The position numbers and the translations under genes were made by a program. Source: an uncultured Gammaproteobacteria bacterium (GTDB lineage: Bacteria > Pseudomonadota > Gammaproteobacteria > SZUA-229). From it: a DNA stretch of 64,000 nt. Position 1 is the first letter of the stretch; every line of letters begins with the position of its first letter. Positions 19,746 through 29,622 of this stretch are shown one piece after another. The notes beneath the pieces were generated by a model. The model saw only the letters and a list, made by a program, of their open reading frames with translations, was not told the DNA's origin and did no database searches. The stretch spans positions 1,332-65,331 of the forward strand of contig CBFCZV010000012.1 of the NCBI GenBank assembly GCA_965602855.1, in the 5' to 3' direction.

Positions 19746-22700
19746 TTATTTCTTTTTAAACATAGAGTTCAAACTTGGGCTCACGGTAACTTCTGCACCA
19801 AAGGCTCTTGAGTAAATATTTCCGCTTTGATCATGAATTACGACATCAGCTGTCATATTGGTCTCAGAGGTTGAATCCACATCCAGTGATATATAGAAGT
19901 CTTTATGATCCGGTATCAATTTATAGTTAACTACCTTGAGGAACTTCAGCGGCAGACTGCCCAGATGACGGTGCTCTCTCACCCAGACCAGCATTGCCTG
20001 GAACATCAGGTCAGTGGCAAACGGGTTAAGCGAACTAATTGGGAACTGGCCCTGTTCACGATCTTTAATTTTATCCAGGTTACAAAGCAGGGTTAATTTC
20101 TTCATCGAAGTGTTGACCACTTTCTCGATTCCCTGAAATAGTGATCCATGGAACAGTGTGCCATTTTTGTACAAGGTCTCCCCTGTCGTGGTTTCTGTTT
20201 CATTCAAATCAGATTGTGTATACATAGGGACTTCAGGGATTTCTTTCACAATCAGTATGTTGGCCTTGTAATGCCAAACCTGTTTACCCTTGCTATTTTT
20301 TGATGAAATGGTTACCTGAGAACAACTAATGTTTTCATCATTAGAAATGCCTTTGACATCAACCTGATACGAATCGGCCTGACTCTCATCAAACACGATG
20401 CCCTTGAGCACCTGAAACTCATCGCATTCAAAGAAACTATAAGAAGGATTCAGTCGCTCACAAATATTAGACATCCACGAAAGCGCGGTGGCCGATGGCA
20501 ACACTGGGCTTTCACCAATGACATGATCATTTAAAAATGGATTGTCCTGCAACAACAACTTGGTATTGATCTGGAAGGTACGCAACGGTGTGTTGGTGTT
20601 ATCGACATCCGAGCGCATTGAACTACCGACCAATAACTGAATGGTCTCACCTCTATCCTGATGCAATTCATTGCTAAAGATTTCTACACCTTCCTGCATG
20701 GGAATAATTTCAACATTCCTTTCCTTAAAGTAACGTTTCAATTCAGGCGTTACCATACCGCCATCCCAGGGTCCCCAGTTGAAGGAAACTACATGACAAT
20801 CTGGATAGTAATGTTTAAATTGATAAGCTGTTTTGTTGAGAATTTCATTGGCAACAGAATAATCAGACTGACCATTGTTACCGTAAAAACCCGCCGCCGA
20901 AGAGAACAGCGCCAAATATTTCAGATCTTCCTTTTTGACCAGCGACAACATCGCTTCCAGGCCATCTATTTTAGTATTTAATACCGCATTAAAATCAGCT
21001 TCAGTTTTCTTCTGAATTGGTTTATCGGCCAGCACGCCCGCGCCATGAATCAGGCCGGTAATTTTTCCAAGTTTGGCAACCGCAGGTGCTGATTTTTCTT
21101 TTAAGGCTGCACTATCGGTGACATCTGCACTGATATATTCAGCCTTACCACCCAGCGCCGCAATTTGATTTAAAGTTTCACTAATCTCACGATCAGATTT
21201 AATTGCGCGTAAACGTTTGTTGACGATAACAGGTGTTGGTTTTTCACCTTCATCCTGTAATACCTGCATAATTTTACGTTTCAGCTCAGCCTCATCTTCA
21301 CAGCCTTTTGCCCATTCAGGTTCAATCCCGTTATAAGGCGCACGACCTGCCAGTACAAAACCACAGTTATATTGCTTGGCCAATGGCATAAGGCAGGCAG
21401 CGGTAACACCCTTGGCACCACCACTAACTAAAAATACCGAGTTTTCGTTGATATTGTCATGCGCTGATGCAACTGGCTCGTGCGCTCTCACTTCACCAGA
21501 TAAAGTCATACGACCTTTTGCAGAGTTGCCCACCTCAACAATAGAAAGATCAGGATCAAATAACTCATCCATCAATATTTGAGCACCCTGTTTATCTTTT
21601 GTATCTGGACTCAGGTCAATGGCACGGCAGAAAATCTCATCCCATTCAAGATTTAACGTTTTCACCAAACCATTCAAACCGCCCTGACTTAATTCAAAAC
21701 GATTGTGACCCGCAGTACCAATCTCGCCATCCATATAAGATGCAGTGACAAAGAAATTACGTCCGTGCAGCGGTTTAGTCGTTAATGCATTTTGCAAATA
21801 TTTAGCAGTAAAGAAAACCATTTTCAGCATGCTTTGTTCGCGCTTGCTAAATTTGATCTTGCTGCCCTTATCCGCAGGCTTGGCACTGAGATGAATAAAT
21901 CCATTCAGCGGCTGAGCGGCGGTAACAGTACTCAATGTTTTTTCCAGCTCGGCATCTGTCGCCTTTGCCAGCTTAACGGTTTGAGTTCCTTTGGGTAGTG
22001 AACTCGGTTTGGCTATCAGCGATGTCGGGAACTGCATCACCGTCACATTCCAGCCCAAATCCTGCAATGCTTTTGCAGTGTTGTAAGTGAGCTTGTCACC
22101 ATTATCGGTGATTAAACAATTGCGCCCCGTAACGCTGATTTCTGATTCCAGTACATCAGGACGGGGAAGATACTTTTTTACAACGACACTTTCGGTAGTC
22201 GAAAAAGAACCATCATTAACGGTGCTAGCGGCCTCTTCTGCTGGCTCTGATAAAGCCCTGCTGATACTGCTATCCTGTGGCACCAGACTTTTAACGTACT
22301 CCACAATTTCAGCCAGTGTTCCCATTTCGGAAAGTGCATTCTGATCCATTTCAGGTAGTTCAGGGAACTTGCTAGTCATCGCGCCAAGAATCTCAACTCG
22401 CTTAATCGAATCGATACCCAGATCCGCTTCAAGATTCATAGTCAAGTCGAGCATTTCTACAGGGTAACCGGTTTTTTCATTTACGATTTCCAGCATGCTC
22501 TGCTGAATAGCGGCTTCATCTAACACCGATGACGCTGAAATGATTTCAACTTCTGTAGTTGTAGTCACTTCACCTGCACCTGACTGAGTTTCTACGTATT
22601 CAACAATTTCTTTTAACGTCTGCATTTCTGCCAGTGCATTTTGATCCAGCTCGGGCAGTTCAGGGAACTTGCTGGTCATGGCACCGAGAATTTCAACGCG

Positions 22701-25700
22701 TTTAATCGAGTCGATACCAAGATCAGCTTCCATGTTCATATTGAGATCAAGCATCTCAACCGGGTAACCGGTTTTCTCGTGAACGATTTCCAACATGCCT
22801 TTTTGGATGCTGGCAGAATCCAGTCCTGAATTAACCGCAACTGGCGCAGCTACCGATGCACTAGCACCGGATTGCTGTTCAACGTATTCAACAATTTCCA
22901 ATAGCGTTTGCATTTCTGCCAGTGCGTTTTGATCCAACTCTGGCAGCTCAGGGAATTTACTGGTCATAGCACCGAGAATTTCAACGCGTTTAATTGAATC
23001 AATACCGAGGTCAGCTTCCATATTCATATTTAAATCGAGCATCTCAACCGGATAACCGGTTTTCTCGTGAACGATTTCTAACATGCCTTTTTGAATGCTG
23101 GCTGAATCAAGTCCTGAATTAACCGCAACTGGCGCAGCCGCTGATGAACTCGCACCGGATTGTTGTTCAACATATTCAACAATTTCTAATAGCGTCTGCA
23201 TTTCCGCCAGTGCATTTTGATCCAGCTCTGGCAGTTCAGGGAATTTACTGGTCATAGCACCGAGAATCTCAACGCGCTTAATTGAGTCGATACCTAAGTC
23301 AGCTTCCATGTTCATATTGAGATCAAGCATCTCAACCGGATAACCGGTTTTCTCGTGAACAATTTCTAACATGCCTTTTTGAATTGCCGCTGAATCGAGA
23401 CCCGATGAGGCTGGCGCTGAAACTGCGGCAACCGGTGCTGCAGCAGCTGCAGCGATAACAGGCGCTACTGCACCTGCCTGCTCTTCTACGTACTCAACAA
23501 TTTCTTTAAGCGTCTGCATTTCTGCCAGTGCATTTTGATCCAGCTCGGGCAGTTCAGGGAACTTGCTGGTCATGGCACCCAAAATTTCAACGCGTTTGAT
23601 CGAGTCAATACCGAGATCGGCTTCCATGTTCATATTGAGATCAAGCATCTCAACCGGGTAACCGGTTTTATCCTGAACAATTTCCAGCATGCCATCCTGA
23701 ATTTGTTTTGTATCCAGAGCCGAAGTCTGCACAGGTGCCTGGACTGGTGCAGCAGCAATTGGAGCAGCAGCAATCGGCGCTGGCGCAGGTGCCGCTACTG
23801 GTTCAGCAACGGCTTGCTGGACCGGCGCAGCAGTTTTAACCACTGGTGAAGGCGCGGCTACAGCTGGCTGATAATTAGCAACAGCTTCTCCACCCATCAT
23901 TTGATGAGTAGATTTGTTGAATTCTATTTGACCCTGCAAATAACTTTGATGAACCTTGAGCGTATCCTGCTGGTACTGATGCAAATCAGAAATACTCTGG
24001 CTGATATTATCTGGAACAGCTTGGTTCTTTGCACCAAATTCATCCACTAAATGGTGCATCATGTTAAAGAAACCCTGTGAATAATCCTGCTGATTTTGCA
24101 GATAGGTTTCATGGGCACTCATGGTGGCAGACTGAGCCTGCAACCATTCTGACTGATTAACGCCCTGAGCTACCGTACTTACCTGAGCAACCTCAGTAGC
24201 CTGCGTTGTACTAGCTGTCGACTGAGCTATTTCCTGAGCAACTGCTGGACTGGCCTGCACCGGAGCTGACTCGCTTTGTGGTGCGCCCAGTTTTTGAGGC
24301 AATGTCAGCTGATAATCATCATTTAGCGTATCTTCAAACGCCTGCTTAGTCGCATCACTGACATAGTTAGCACCATTGAGCTTGATGTTCATGCCCGCTT
24401 TTTTGATGACGGGTTGTTCAACATCACGCTGGTAAATATCTTTTAGATTAAGCTCAACGCCGGCCACTTTCAGCTGAACCATAGCATCACGATAGAGCGC
24501 ATCACTATTGCCTTTAGGTGAACTATTCATGGCAATGGCAACATGAGGTCGATCGGCCAGAATAGTATTAACCAGACGGCTCAGTACATTCTTGGGGCCA
24601 AACTCAACAAAGATAGTGCCACCCTGATCAGCCATGGCATTGATCTGCTGAGTAAAGTGCACAGAATTAAGCATATTTGACTTAAAGCTCTGTTTAATTT
24701 CTTTCGCGGTTTTTGGATACGGCTTCGCAGTCACATTAGAGAAAATACTGGTATGTGGTTTTTTGAACGTCTGTTTTTCAATCGCATCGGAGAAAGGCTT
24801 ATCTGCGTAACCTACCAACGGTGAGTGGAAAGCGGCCGAAACCGGCAAGGCAACAACTGAGAAACCATCACTTTTCAGAGACGTAGCGGCATCTGCGATA
24901 GCCTGGCTTGGCCCGGCAACCACCACCTGTTTGGGTGAGTTGTAATTGGCGATAGAAACCTGATCCAGTTGATTAATTTTCTGCTCAATTTCTGTGGCAT
25001 CACCCATAACTGCCAGCATGGAACCTGCGTCATAACCTTCTTCGGGGGATGTGCCCATAGCGATACAACGAGAACGTGACAGACTGTAGAAGCCATCATC
25101 ATCGATCACACCCGCTGCCCACAATGCGGTTAATTCACCATAGCTGTGACCAGCAACCATATCGGCCTTAAAGCCACTCTGCTGCATCATTTTAAATAGA
25201 CCAACACTGACAGAACCAATCGCTGGCTGAATGTACTGCGTCAGTTTTAATTTCTCTTCCTGGGCTTTTTTGCCGGCTGCATCAAAGGCGCGTTCCGGGA
25301 AGACTGCACTCGAAAGTTCAGTGTCATTATCATCCAGTAAAAGCTGACCCATTTTGGCAAAACTTTCACGCATCGGTGGGAAGTTGAGGGTCAGATCCTT
25401 ACACATGTTGAGATACTGAGAACCCTGACCGGAGAACAGTGCGACCACTTTTGAACCGCTAGGTAATGCCTGAGCACGGTAGTGAACACCACCCGGATGT
25501 TCCCAGACTTCTTCACCCTGCGTTTTTTTCAATTGATCCTGAGCGGTTATTAAAAGCTCAATCACCGTGGCCTGATCCTCGGCGACAAAACCCAGGCGTG
25601 CATCGCTTGAAGGAACCGTGGCATTTTCTGCTTCGACGACAAAATTATAATATTCCTGCCCGCTATCATCGTTTTGCAGTGCTGCCAACCAGAACTGGCA

Positions 25701-27236
25701 CTTGCTGGCCAATGCCTCTGGATTGCCCGCATGTAATACAAAAGCGCGTGACATACCATGTTCGCGGTATCCCTTTGCGGAAATTTGATCCGCATCAGAC
25801 TGATATTCTTCCAGCACAAAATGGTAGTTACTGCCACCGAAACCAAAAGAGCTGACACCGGCACGACGTGGCGTTAGCGCATTATTGATCCAGGGACGAG
25901 TATCGGTATTCAGGTAAAAAGATGAATCTTCAATATTTAATTTAGGATTAGGGTTATCGACATTAATCGTTGGTGGCAATACCTTATGGTACAGAGCCAT
26001 CGCCGCCTTGATCAGTCCGGCAGAACCTGCGGCGGTTTTGGTGTGACCAATCTGAGACTTCACACTACCCAAAGCAATATGCTGCTTTTCATGATCTTCG
26101 CTATCAAAAGCCAGTTTTAGTCCATCAAACTCAGCGGCATCACCAGCCTTGGTGCCAGTACCATGTGCTTCAACTAATTTAACAGTGCTCTTATCAAAAC
26201 CGGCATCCTCGTAGGCGCGATTAATAGCCACACTCTGACCAGCCGCACGCGGTGCGTAAATACTCTTGAAACGACCATCGCTGGAAGTACCAACACCTTT
26301 AATGACCGCATAAATTCGGTCATTGTCCCGCTCCGCATCTTCCAGACGTTTGAGCATAACCATGCCAACACCTTCACCAATGACGATACCGTGCGAGGCT
26401 TCATCAAATGGCTTGGGCACTTCATCCGTAGTGAAAGCGGGAGTTTTACTAAAATTGAGGTACATGAAGGGTGAGTTATCGGTATCGACACCACCGGTGA
26501 TCATGGTATTGGCCTTGAATTCCAGCAGATCACTGATCGCCATCTTCATCGCGGCCAGTGAGCCAGCACAGGCAGCATCAACCACACAGTTAGTGCCACC
26601 CAGATCAAAACGATTTGCAACTCGGCCGGCGATCACATTACCCAGCATGCCCGGAAATGAGTTCTCAACCCAGGGAATGTAGGCCTTTTTCATTTTTTCA
26701 ATCAGGATCTGGATATCGTCTTCAGCAACACCACTGCTTCTGAGTACTTTTTCCCAGACCGGCCCCTGCAGGCGCGAAACCAGTGGGCTGATCAGTTTCT
26801 GACCACCACCAACGCCGAGAATGACCCCGGTATTTTCTCGATCAAATTCACCATCGGCATAACCACAATCTTTGATCAAATCACGGGCAACGACCAGAGA
26901 CAACAATTGTGATGAATCGGTGACTTCAAGAATATTGGGCGGCAGACCAAATTCCATGGGGTCAAAATCAATATCGGGTATGAAACCACCGCGCTTGCTA
27001 TAACTCTTATCGGGAGTGGCAGGATCGGCATCGTACAGGTCATTAATCTCCCAGCGATCCGATGGCACGTCGATGACGCAGTCCACCTTGCCCATAATAT
27101 TTCCCCAAAACTCGTGCAGATCCTTTGATTCTGGAAACAGAGATGCCATGCCAATAATAGCAATGGGAGTCTCCTGTAATCGAGAAGTGAGTTTTTTGTC
27201 GAGCGCTTTTGTATCTGCCATCATTAAACCTGTCAT
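19746..27236 (-). CDS. pfaA: PfaA subunit of PUFA/secondary-lipid synthase: KS - MAT - 5x tandem ACP - KR - PKS-type DH
   Basis: KS with DAACAGSLAAMKMA, EAHGTGT and GHTKTAAG. Malonyl-CoA:ACP transacylase GHSYGELTAL. Five ACP domains, each with LGIDSIKRVEILG (phosphopantetheine Ser), separated by Ala/Pro-rich linkers. KR Rossmann motif VSGGAKGVTAAC. C-terminal DH with DHVIGESPVLP (HxxxGxxxxP). Length is 2496 aa. Confidence 0.92.
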   Translation of the reverse strand: MTGLMMADTKALDKKLTSRLQETPIAIIGMASLFPESKDLHEFWGNIMGKVDCVIDVPSDRWEINDLYDADPATPDKSYSKRGGFIPDIDFDPMEFGLPPNILEVTDSSQLLSLVVARDLIKDCGYADGEFDRENTGVILGVGGGQKLISPLVSRLQGPVWEKVLRSSGVAEDDIQILIEKMKKAYIPWVENSFPGMLGNVIAGRVANRFDLGGTNCVVDAACAGSLAAMKMAISDLLEFKANTMITGGVDTDNSPFMYLNFSKTPAFTTDEVPKPFDEASHGIVIGEGVGMVMLKRLEDAERDNDRIYAVIKGVGTSSDGRFKSIYAPRAAGQSVAINRAYEDAGFDKSTVKLVEAHGTGTKAGDAAEFDGLKLAFDSEDHEKQHIALGSVKSQIGHTKTAAGSAGLIKAAMALYHKVLPPTINVDNPNPKLNIEDSSFYLNTDTRPWINNALTPRRAGVSSFGFGGSNYHFVLEEYQSDADQISAKGYREHGMSRAFVLHAGNPEALASKCQFWLAALQNDDSGQEYYNFVVEAENATVPSSDARLGFVAEDQATVIELLITAQDQLKKTQGEEVWEHPGGVHYRAQALPSGSKVVALFSGQGSQYLNMCKDLTLNFPPMRESFAKMGQLLLDDNDTELSSAVFPERAFDAAGKKAQEEKLKLTQYIQPAIGSVSVGLFKMMQQSGFKADMVAGHSYGELTALWAAGVIDDDGFYSLSRSRCIAMGTSPEEGYDAGSMLAVMGDATEIEQKINQLDQVSIANYNSPKQVVVAGPSQAIADAATSLKSDGFSVVALPVSAAFHSPLVGYADKPFSDAIEKQTFKKPHTSIFSNVTAKPYPKTAKEIKQSFKSNMLNSVHFTQQINAMADQGGTIFVEFGPKNVLSRLVNTILADRPHVAIAMNSSPKGNSDALYRDAMVQLKVAGVELNLKDIYQRDVEQPVIKKAGMNIKLNGANYVSDATKQAFEDTLNDDYQLTLPQKLGAPQSESAPVQASPAVAQEIAQSTASTTQATEVAQVSTVAQGVNQSEWLQAQSATMSAHETYLQNQQDYSQGFFNMMHHLVDEFGAKNQAVPDNISQSISDLHQYQQDTLKVHQSYLQGQIEFNKSTHQMMGGEAVANYQPAVAAPSPVVKTAAPVQQAVAEPVAAPAPAPIAAAPIAAAPVQAPVQTSALDTKQIQDGMLEIVQDKTGYPVEMLDLNMNMEADLGIDSIKRVEILGAMTSKFPELPELDQNALAEMQTLKEIVEYVEEQAGAVAPVIAAAAAAPVAAVSAPASSGLDSAAIQKGMLEIVHEKTGYPVEMLDLNMNMEADLGIDSIKRVEILGAMTSKFPELPELDQNALAEMQTLLEIVEYVEQQSGASSSAAAPVAVNSGLDSASIQKGMLEIVHEKTGYPVEMLDLNMNMEADLGIDSIKRVEILGAMTSKFPELPELDQNALAEMQTLLEIVEYVEQQSGASASVAAPVAVNSGLDSASIQKGMLEIVHEKTGYPVEMLDLNMNMEADLGIDSIKRVEILGAMTSKFPELPELDQNALAEMQTLKEIVEYVETQSGAGEVTTTTEVEIISASSVLDEAAIQQSMLEIVNEKTGYPVEMLDLTMNLEADLGIDSIKRVEILGAMTSKFPELPEMDQNALSEMGTLAEIVEYVKSLVPQDSSISRALSEPAEEAASTVNDGSFSTTESVVVKKYLPRPDVLESEISVTGRNCLITDNGDKLTYNTAKALQDLGWNVTVMQFPTSLIAKPSSLPKGTQTVKLAKATDAELEKTLSTVTAAQPLNGFIHLSAKPADKGSKIKFSKREQSMLKMVFFTAKYLQNALTTKPLHGRNFFVTASYMDGEIGTAGHNRFELSQGGLNGLVKTLNLEWDEIFCRAIDLSPDTKDKQGAQILMDELFDPDLSIVEVGNSAKGRMTLSGEVRAHEPVASAHDNINENSVFLVSGGAKGVTAACLMPLAKQYNCGFVLAGRAPYNGIEPEWAKGCEDEAELKRKIMQVLQDEGEKPTPVIVNKRLRAIKSDREISETLNQIAALGGKAEYISADVTDSAALKEKSAPAVAKLGKITGLIHGAGVLADKPIQKKTEADFNAVLNTKIDGLEAMLSLVKKEDLKYLALFSSAAGFYGNNGQSDYSVANEILNKTAYQFKHYYPDCHVVSFNWGPWDGGMVTPELKRYFKERNVEIIPMQEGVEIFSNELHQDRGETIQLLVGSSMRSDVDNTNTPLRTFQINTKLLLQDNPFLNDHVIGESPVLPSATALSWMSNICERLNPSYSFFECDEFQVLKGIVFDESQADSYQVDVKGISNDENISCSQVTISSKNSKGKQVWHYKANILIVKEIPEVPMYTQSDLNETETTTGETLYKNGTLFHGSLFQGIEKVVNTSMKKLTLLCNLDKIKDREQGQFPISSLNPFATDLMFQAMLVWVREHRHLGSLPLKFLKVVNYKLIPDHKDFYISLDVDSTSETNMTADVVIHDQSGNIYSRAFGAEVTVSPSLNSMFKKK
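22290..23710. repeat. five tandem near-identical ~288-318 bp DNA repeats encoding the PfaA ACP domains
   Basis: The 47-nt core gcaccgagaatttcaacgcgtttaatcgagtcgataccaagatcagc recurs at 22381, 22681, 22969, 23257 and 23575 with only a few substitutions. The supplied antisense ORFs 22641..22829 and 23535..23849 have almost identical translations because of this repeat. Confidence 0.9.
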
Positions 27237-27626
27237 GCCAATTAAATTGAATTCTTTAAATTACTGCACATTTGAACTGGTTGATTATAGCGTTTTAGAC
27301 ACCTTCTTGCACGGCTGAGAGTACGGCCATAAAAGATGCTGTAGTTCAAACAACTTAACCCAAATATTTCATGAAGTTTCGAGAATTACAGGTTATTTAG
27401 CTTTAGATCTTTTCCAAAAATGAGCGCATACCCATGAAAGATTCAGAATAATGGTTAAATATCTGAAAAGAAGGACACGAACAGGTTGTAGAAATTACAA
27501 CCTATAAAGATTAAGAAACACAGATATAGCCAGTATTACAATGACTTAAGAGAACTGCTTAGAGCGCAATCCAGCTATAACGGCAGGCGCGGGCTTTAGT
27601 CAATATTGCCCACGCCTTAAATACAA

Positions 27627-27833
27627 TTAACCTAAAAGCACTTTTGAGATGCTATTACCCAGGTCACCTGAGCCAGCTACTCCCAAAAATACTGCCGCAG
27701 TGAATACAAGGGGAAGTATTGTGGCTGCCAGTGTTAGATAGCCCGTTAAATTAAGTAGTGATTTCTTTGCAACAGAATTCGCTTTCGTTCCCTGCTCAGT
27801 AGTTGCATCATGAGTTTCTATTGTATGATTCAT
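27627..27833 (-). CDS. small (68 aa) predicted membrane protein, candidate sigma-54/NorR-controlled gene upstream of pfaA
   Basis: ATG preceded by AGAGGAACACGAT (GAGGA RBS). The C-terminal half is hydrophobic (LTLAATILPLVFTAAVFLGVAGSG). It lies 33 nt downstream of a -24/-12-like element. Same strand as pfaA, 390 bp upstream of it. Confidence 0.4.
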   Translation of the reverse strand: MNHTIETHDATTEQGTKANSVAKKSLLNLTGYLTLAATILPLVFTAAVFLGVAGSGDLGNSISKVLLG

Positions 27834-27876
27834 ATCGTGTTCCTCTATATTGCCCTGAATTAATTTAGTTTCTATT

Positions 27877-27893
27877 TATTACTAAAGCACAAA
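27877..27893 (-). promoter_or_regulatory. candidate sigma-54 (-24/-12) promoter reading toward the 68-aa ORF (and possibly pfaA)
   Basis: The minus strand reads TGGCATGGTTTGTGCTT. GG and GC are spaced exactly as in the TGGCAC-N5-TTGC consensus, with a mismatch each in the -24 and -12 hexamers. An AT-rich putative bending region and bEBP boxes lie 40-90 bp upstream on the norR side. Confidence 0.4.
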
Positions 27894-27933
27894 CCATGCC
27901 AATTTATAAGGCGCTGTTTTTATTCATAATTAA

Positions 27934-27970
27934 ATACACGTTGTTAATATGACATCCTGTGTTATGATGT
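27934..27970. promoter_or_regulatory. two GT-N7-AC NorR-type enhancer boxes in the norR / small-ORF divergent intergenic region
   Basis: GTTAATATGAC (27934..27944) and GTCGCTTTGAC (27960..27970), 26 bp centre to centre. They lie upstream of the candidate sigma-54 promoter and just 5' of the norR start. The motif is short and degenerate, so this is suggestive only. Confidence 0.35.
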
Positions 27971-27994
27971 CGCTTTGACGACAGTGAGATCAAT

Positions 27995-29551
27995 ATGACC
28001 TCCCCCAACTTTTGTAACGCAATGACATCAATTGTCGCAGACCTCTCTCGCGACCTGCCCTCTCAGCAGCGCTATCAGCGCCTGTTGAGCGCGATGCAAA
28101 GCAGTTTTCCCTGTGATGCCGCAGCTTTACTATGCCTGGATGGCAATTACCTGATCCCACTGGCCATCGACGGATTGAGCGATGACACCATGGGGCGTCA
28201 CTTTGAAGTTGAAGATAATCCCCGACTCGCTCGTTTACTGCATTCACGTGAGCCTGTTAGATTTGCTGCCGATTCAGATTTGGCTGATCCATACGATGGC
28301 CTGGTTGAAACTGAAGACCATCTATTGCATGTACACGACTGCATGGGTTCTTCACTGTATATTGATGATCAACCTTGGGGCGTATTAACGCTTGATGCCA
28401 TGAAGCCAGGGACTTTTGACAGTATAGACCCCATTGAATTACGCAGTTTTATCAGCCTGGCCGAAGCAACAGTAAAGGCCGCTGAACGCATACATGAACT
28501 GGAAGCACGAGTTAAGCATGGTGTCATGGTGACTCGTGAGTTACTCAAAAAAGGCACTGATGTTGAAATGATCGGCAACAGCAAAGTCATGCAAAAGTTA
28601 AAAGATGAAATTGCCGTGGTTGCACAATCTGACCTCACCGTTTTGATACAGGGTGAAACAGGAGTAGGAAAAGAGTTAGTAGCCGGACAAGTGCATGCCA
28701 ATTCAGCACGCGCAGAATTCCCCATGATTTACGTAAACTGCGCCGCACTACCAGAAAACATTGCCGAGAGTGAATTGTTTGGTCATATCAAAGGTGCATT
28801 TTCCGGCGCTGTATCAGACCGTGCCGGCAAATTTGAAATTGCCGATGGTGGCACTCTATTTCTGGATGAAATTGGAGAACTCAGCCTGGCCATTCAGGCA
28901 AAAATGTTAAGAGCAATACAAAATGGCGAAATACAGCGTGTTGGCAGCGACCAATATATACAGGTCGATGTGCGCATTGTTGCAGCAACTAACCGTGACT
29001 TACAACAAGAAGTTTCAAACGGTAATTTCCGCGCTGACCTTTATCACCGTTTAACCGTTTACCCGGTACAAGTTCCTGCATTACGTGAACGAGGTAAAGA
29101 CGTCCTGTTATTAGCCGGATATTTTTTAGAAGACAATCAACGTCGTCTTAGCGTCAAAGCATTGCGTTTATCTGCTGATGCTAAAAAAGCACTGCAACAA
29201 TATTCATGGCCGGGCAACGTACGTGAACTGGGTCACCTGTTGAGCCGCGCCACACTAAAAGCAACAACAGATCAGGGAAAAAATAATGATTCGATTATTA
29301 TCGACACCTCTTACCTGGATATTAGTCACGATTATTCTGTTGAAACCAATGAACCCCACAAAGAACTCACACCAAAGCCCGATTTAATTAAAAATAACCT
29401 CACTCTTAAGGAAGCTGTTGATGAATTTCAACGAGAAGCTATAGAAGAAGCACTGAAGAGGCACAATGGAAATCTCGCTTCAGCTGGACGAGAACTGGGA
29501 GTGAACCGTAGTAATTTTTATCGATTACTCAAACGATTAAATATCAATTAA
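27995..29551 (+). CDS. norR: NorR-type sigma-54-dependent transcriptional activator (GAF sensor + AAA+ sigma-54 interaction + Fis-type HTH)
   Basis: The N-terminal GAF region aligns closely by eye with E. coli NorR ([59 protein letters not shown]). The AAA+ core has [26 protein letters not shown] (GAFTGA variant) and a GSDQ arginine-finger region. A C-terminal HTH is present. Confidence 0.85.
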   Translation: MTSPNFCNAMTSIVADLSRDLPSQQRYQRLLSAMQSSFPCDAAALLCLDGNYLIPLAIDGLSDDTMGRHFEVEDNPRLARLLHSREPVRFAADSDLADPYDGLVETEDHLLHVHDCMGSSLYIDDQPWGVLTLDAMKPGTFDSIDPIELRSFISLAEATVKAAERIHELEARVKHGVMVTRELLKKGTDVEMIGNSKVMQKLKDEIAVVAQSDLTVLIQGETGVGKELVAGQVHANSARAEFPMIYVNCAALPENIAESELFGHIKGAFSGAVSDRAGKFEIADGGTLFLDEIGELSLAIQAKMLRAIQNGEIQRVGSDQYIQVDVRIVAATNRDLQQEVSNGNFRADLYHRLTVYPVQVPALRERGKDVLLLAGYFLEDNQRRLSVKALRLSADAKKALQQYSWPGNVRELGHLLSRATLKATTDQGKNNDSIIIDTSYLDISHDYSVETNEPHKELTPKPDLIKNNLTLKEAVDEFQREAIEEALKRHNGNLASAGRELGVNRSNFYRLLKRLNIN

Positions 29552-29622
29552 TACGATGACCTTGTTAGTAAACGCAAACATAATAGCGAATCTATTAATT
29601 AGCTATTTTTCTTGATCATTTA

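Noticed and set aside
12817-26682. Numerous 60-140-aa ORFs on the plus strand inside pfaC and pfaA (e.g. 14300..14512, 15260..15553, 17229..17657, 22641..22829, 23535..23849, 25466..25855)
   Set aside because: They lie antisense to very long, motif-rich genes. Several are simply the reverse-frame image of the ACP tandem repeats, which explains their near-identical translations. They show no RBS and no independent support.
27237-27626. Looked for a sigma-54 promoter or PfaR-type regulator gene directly upstream of pfaA
   Set aside because: No GG-N10-GC element with acceptable flanks in the correct orientation and no regulator ORF. Only a 7-bp palindrome GGTTGTA-gaaat-TACAACC (about 27481) of unknown meaning.
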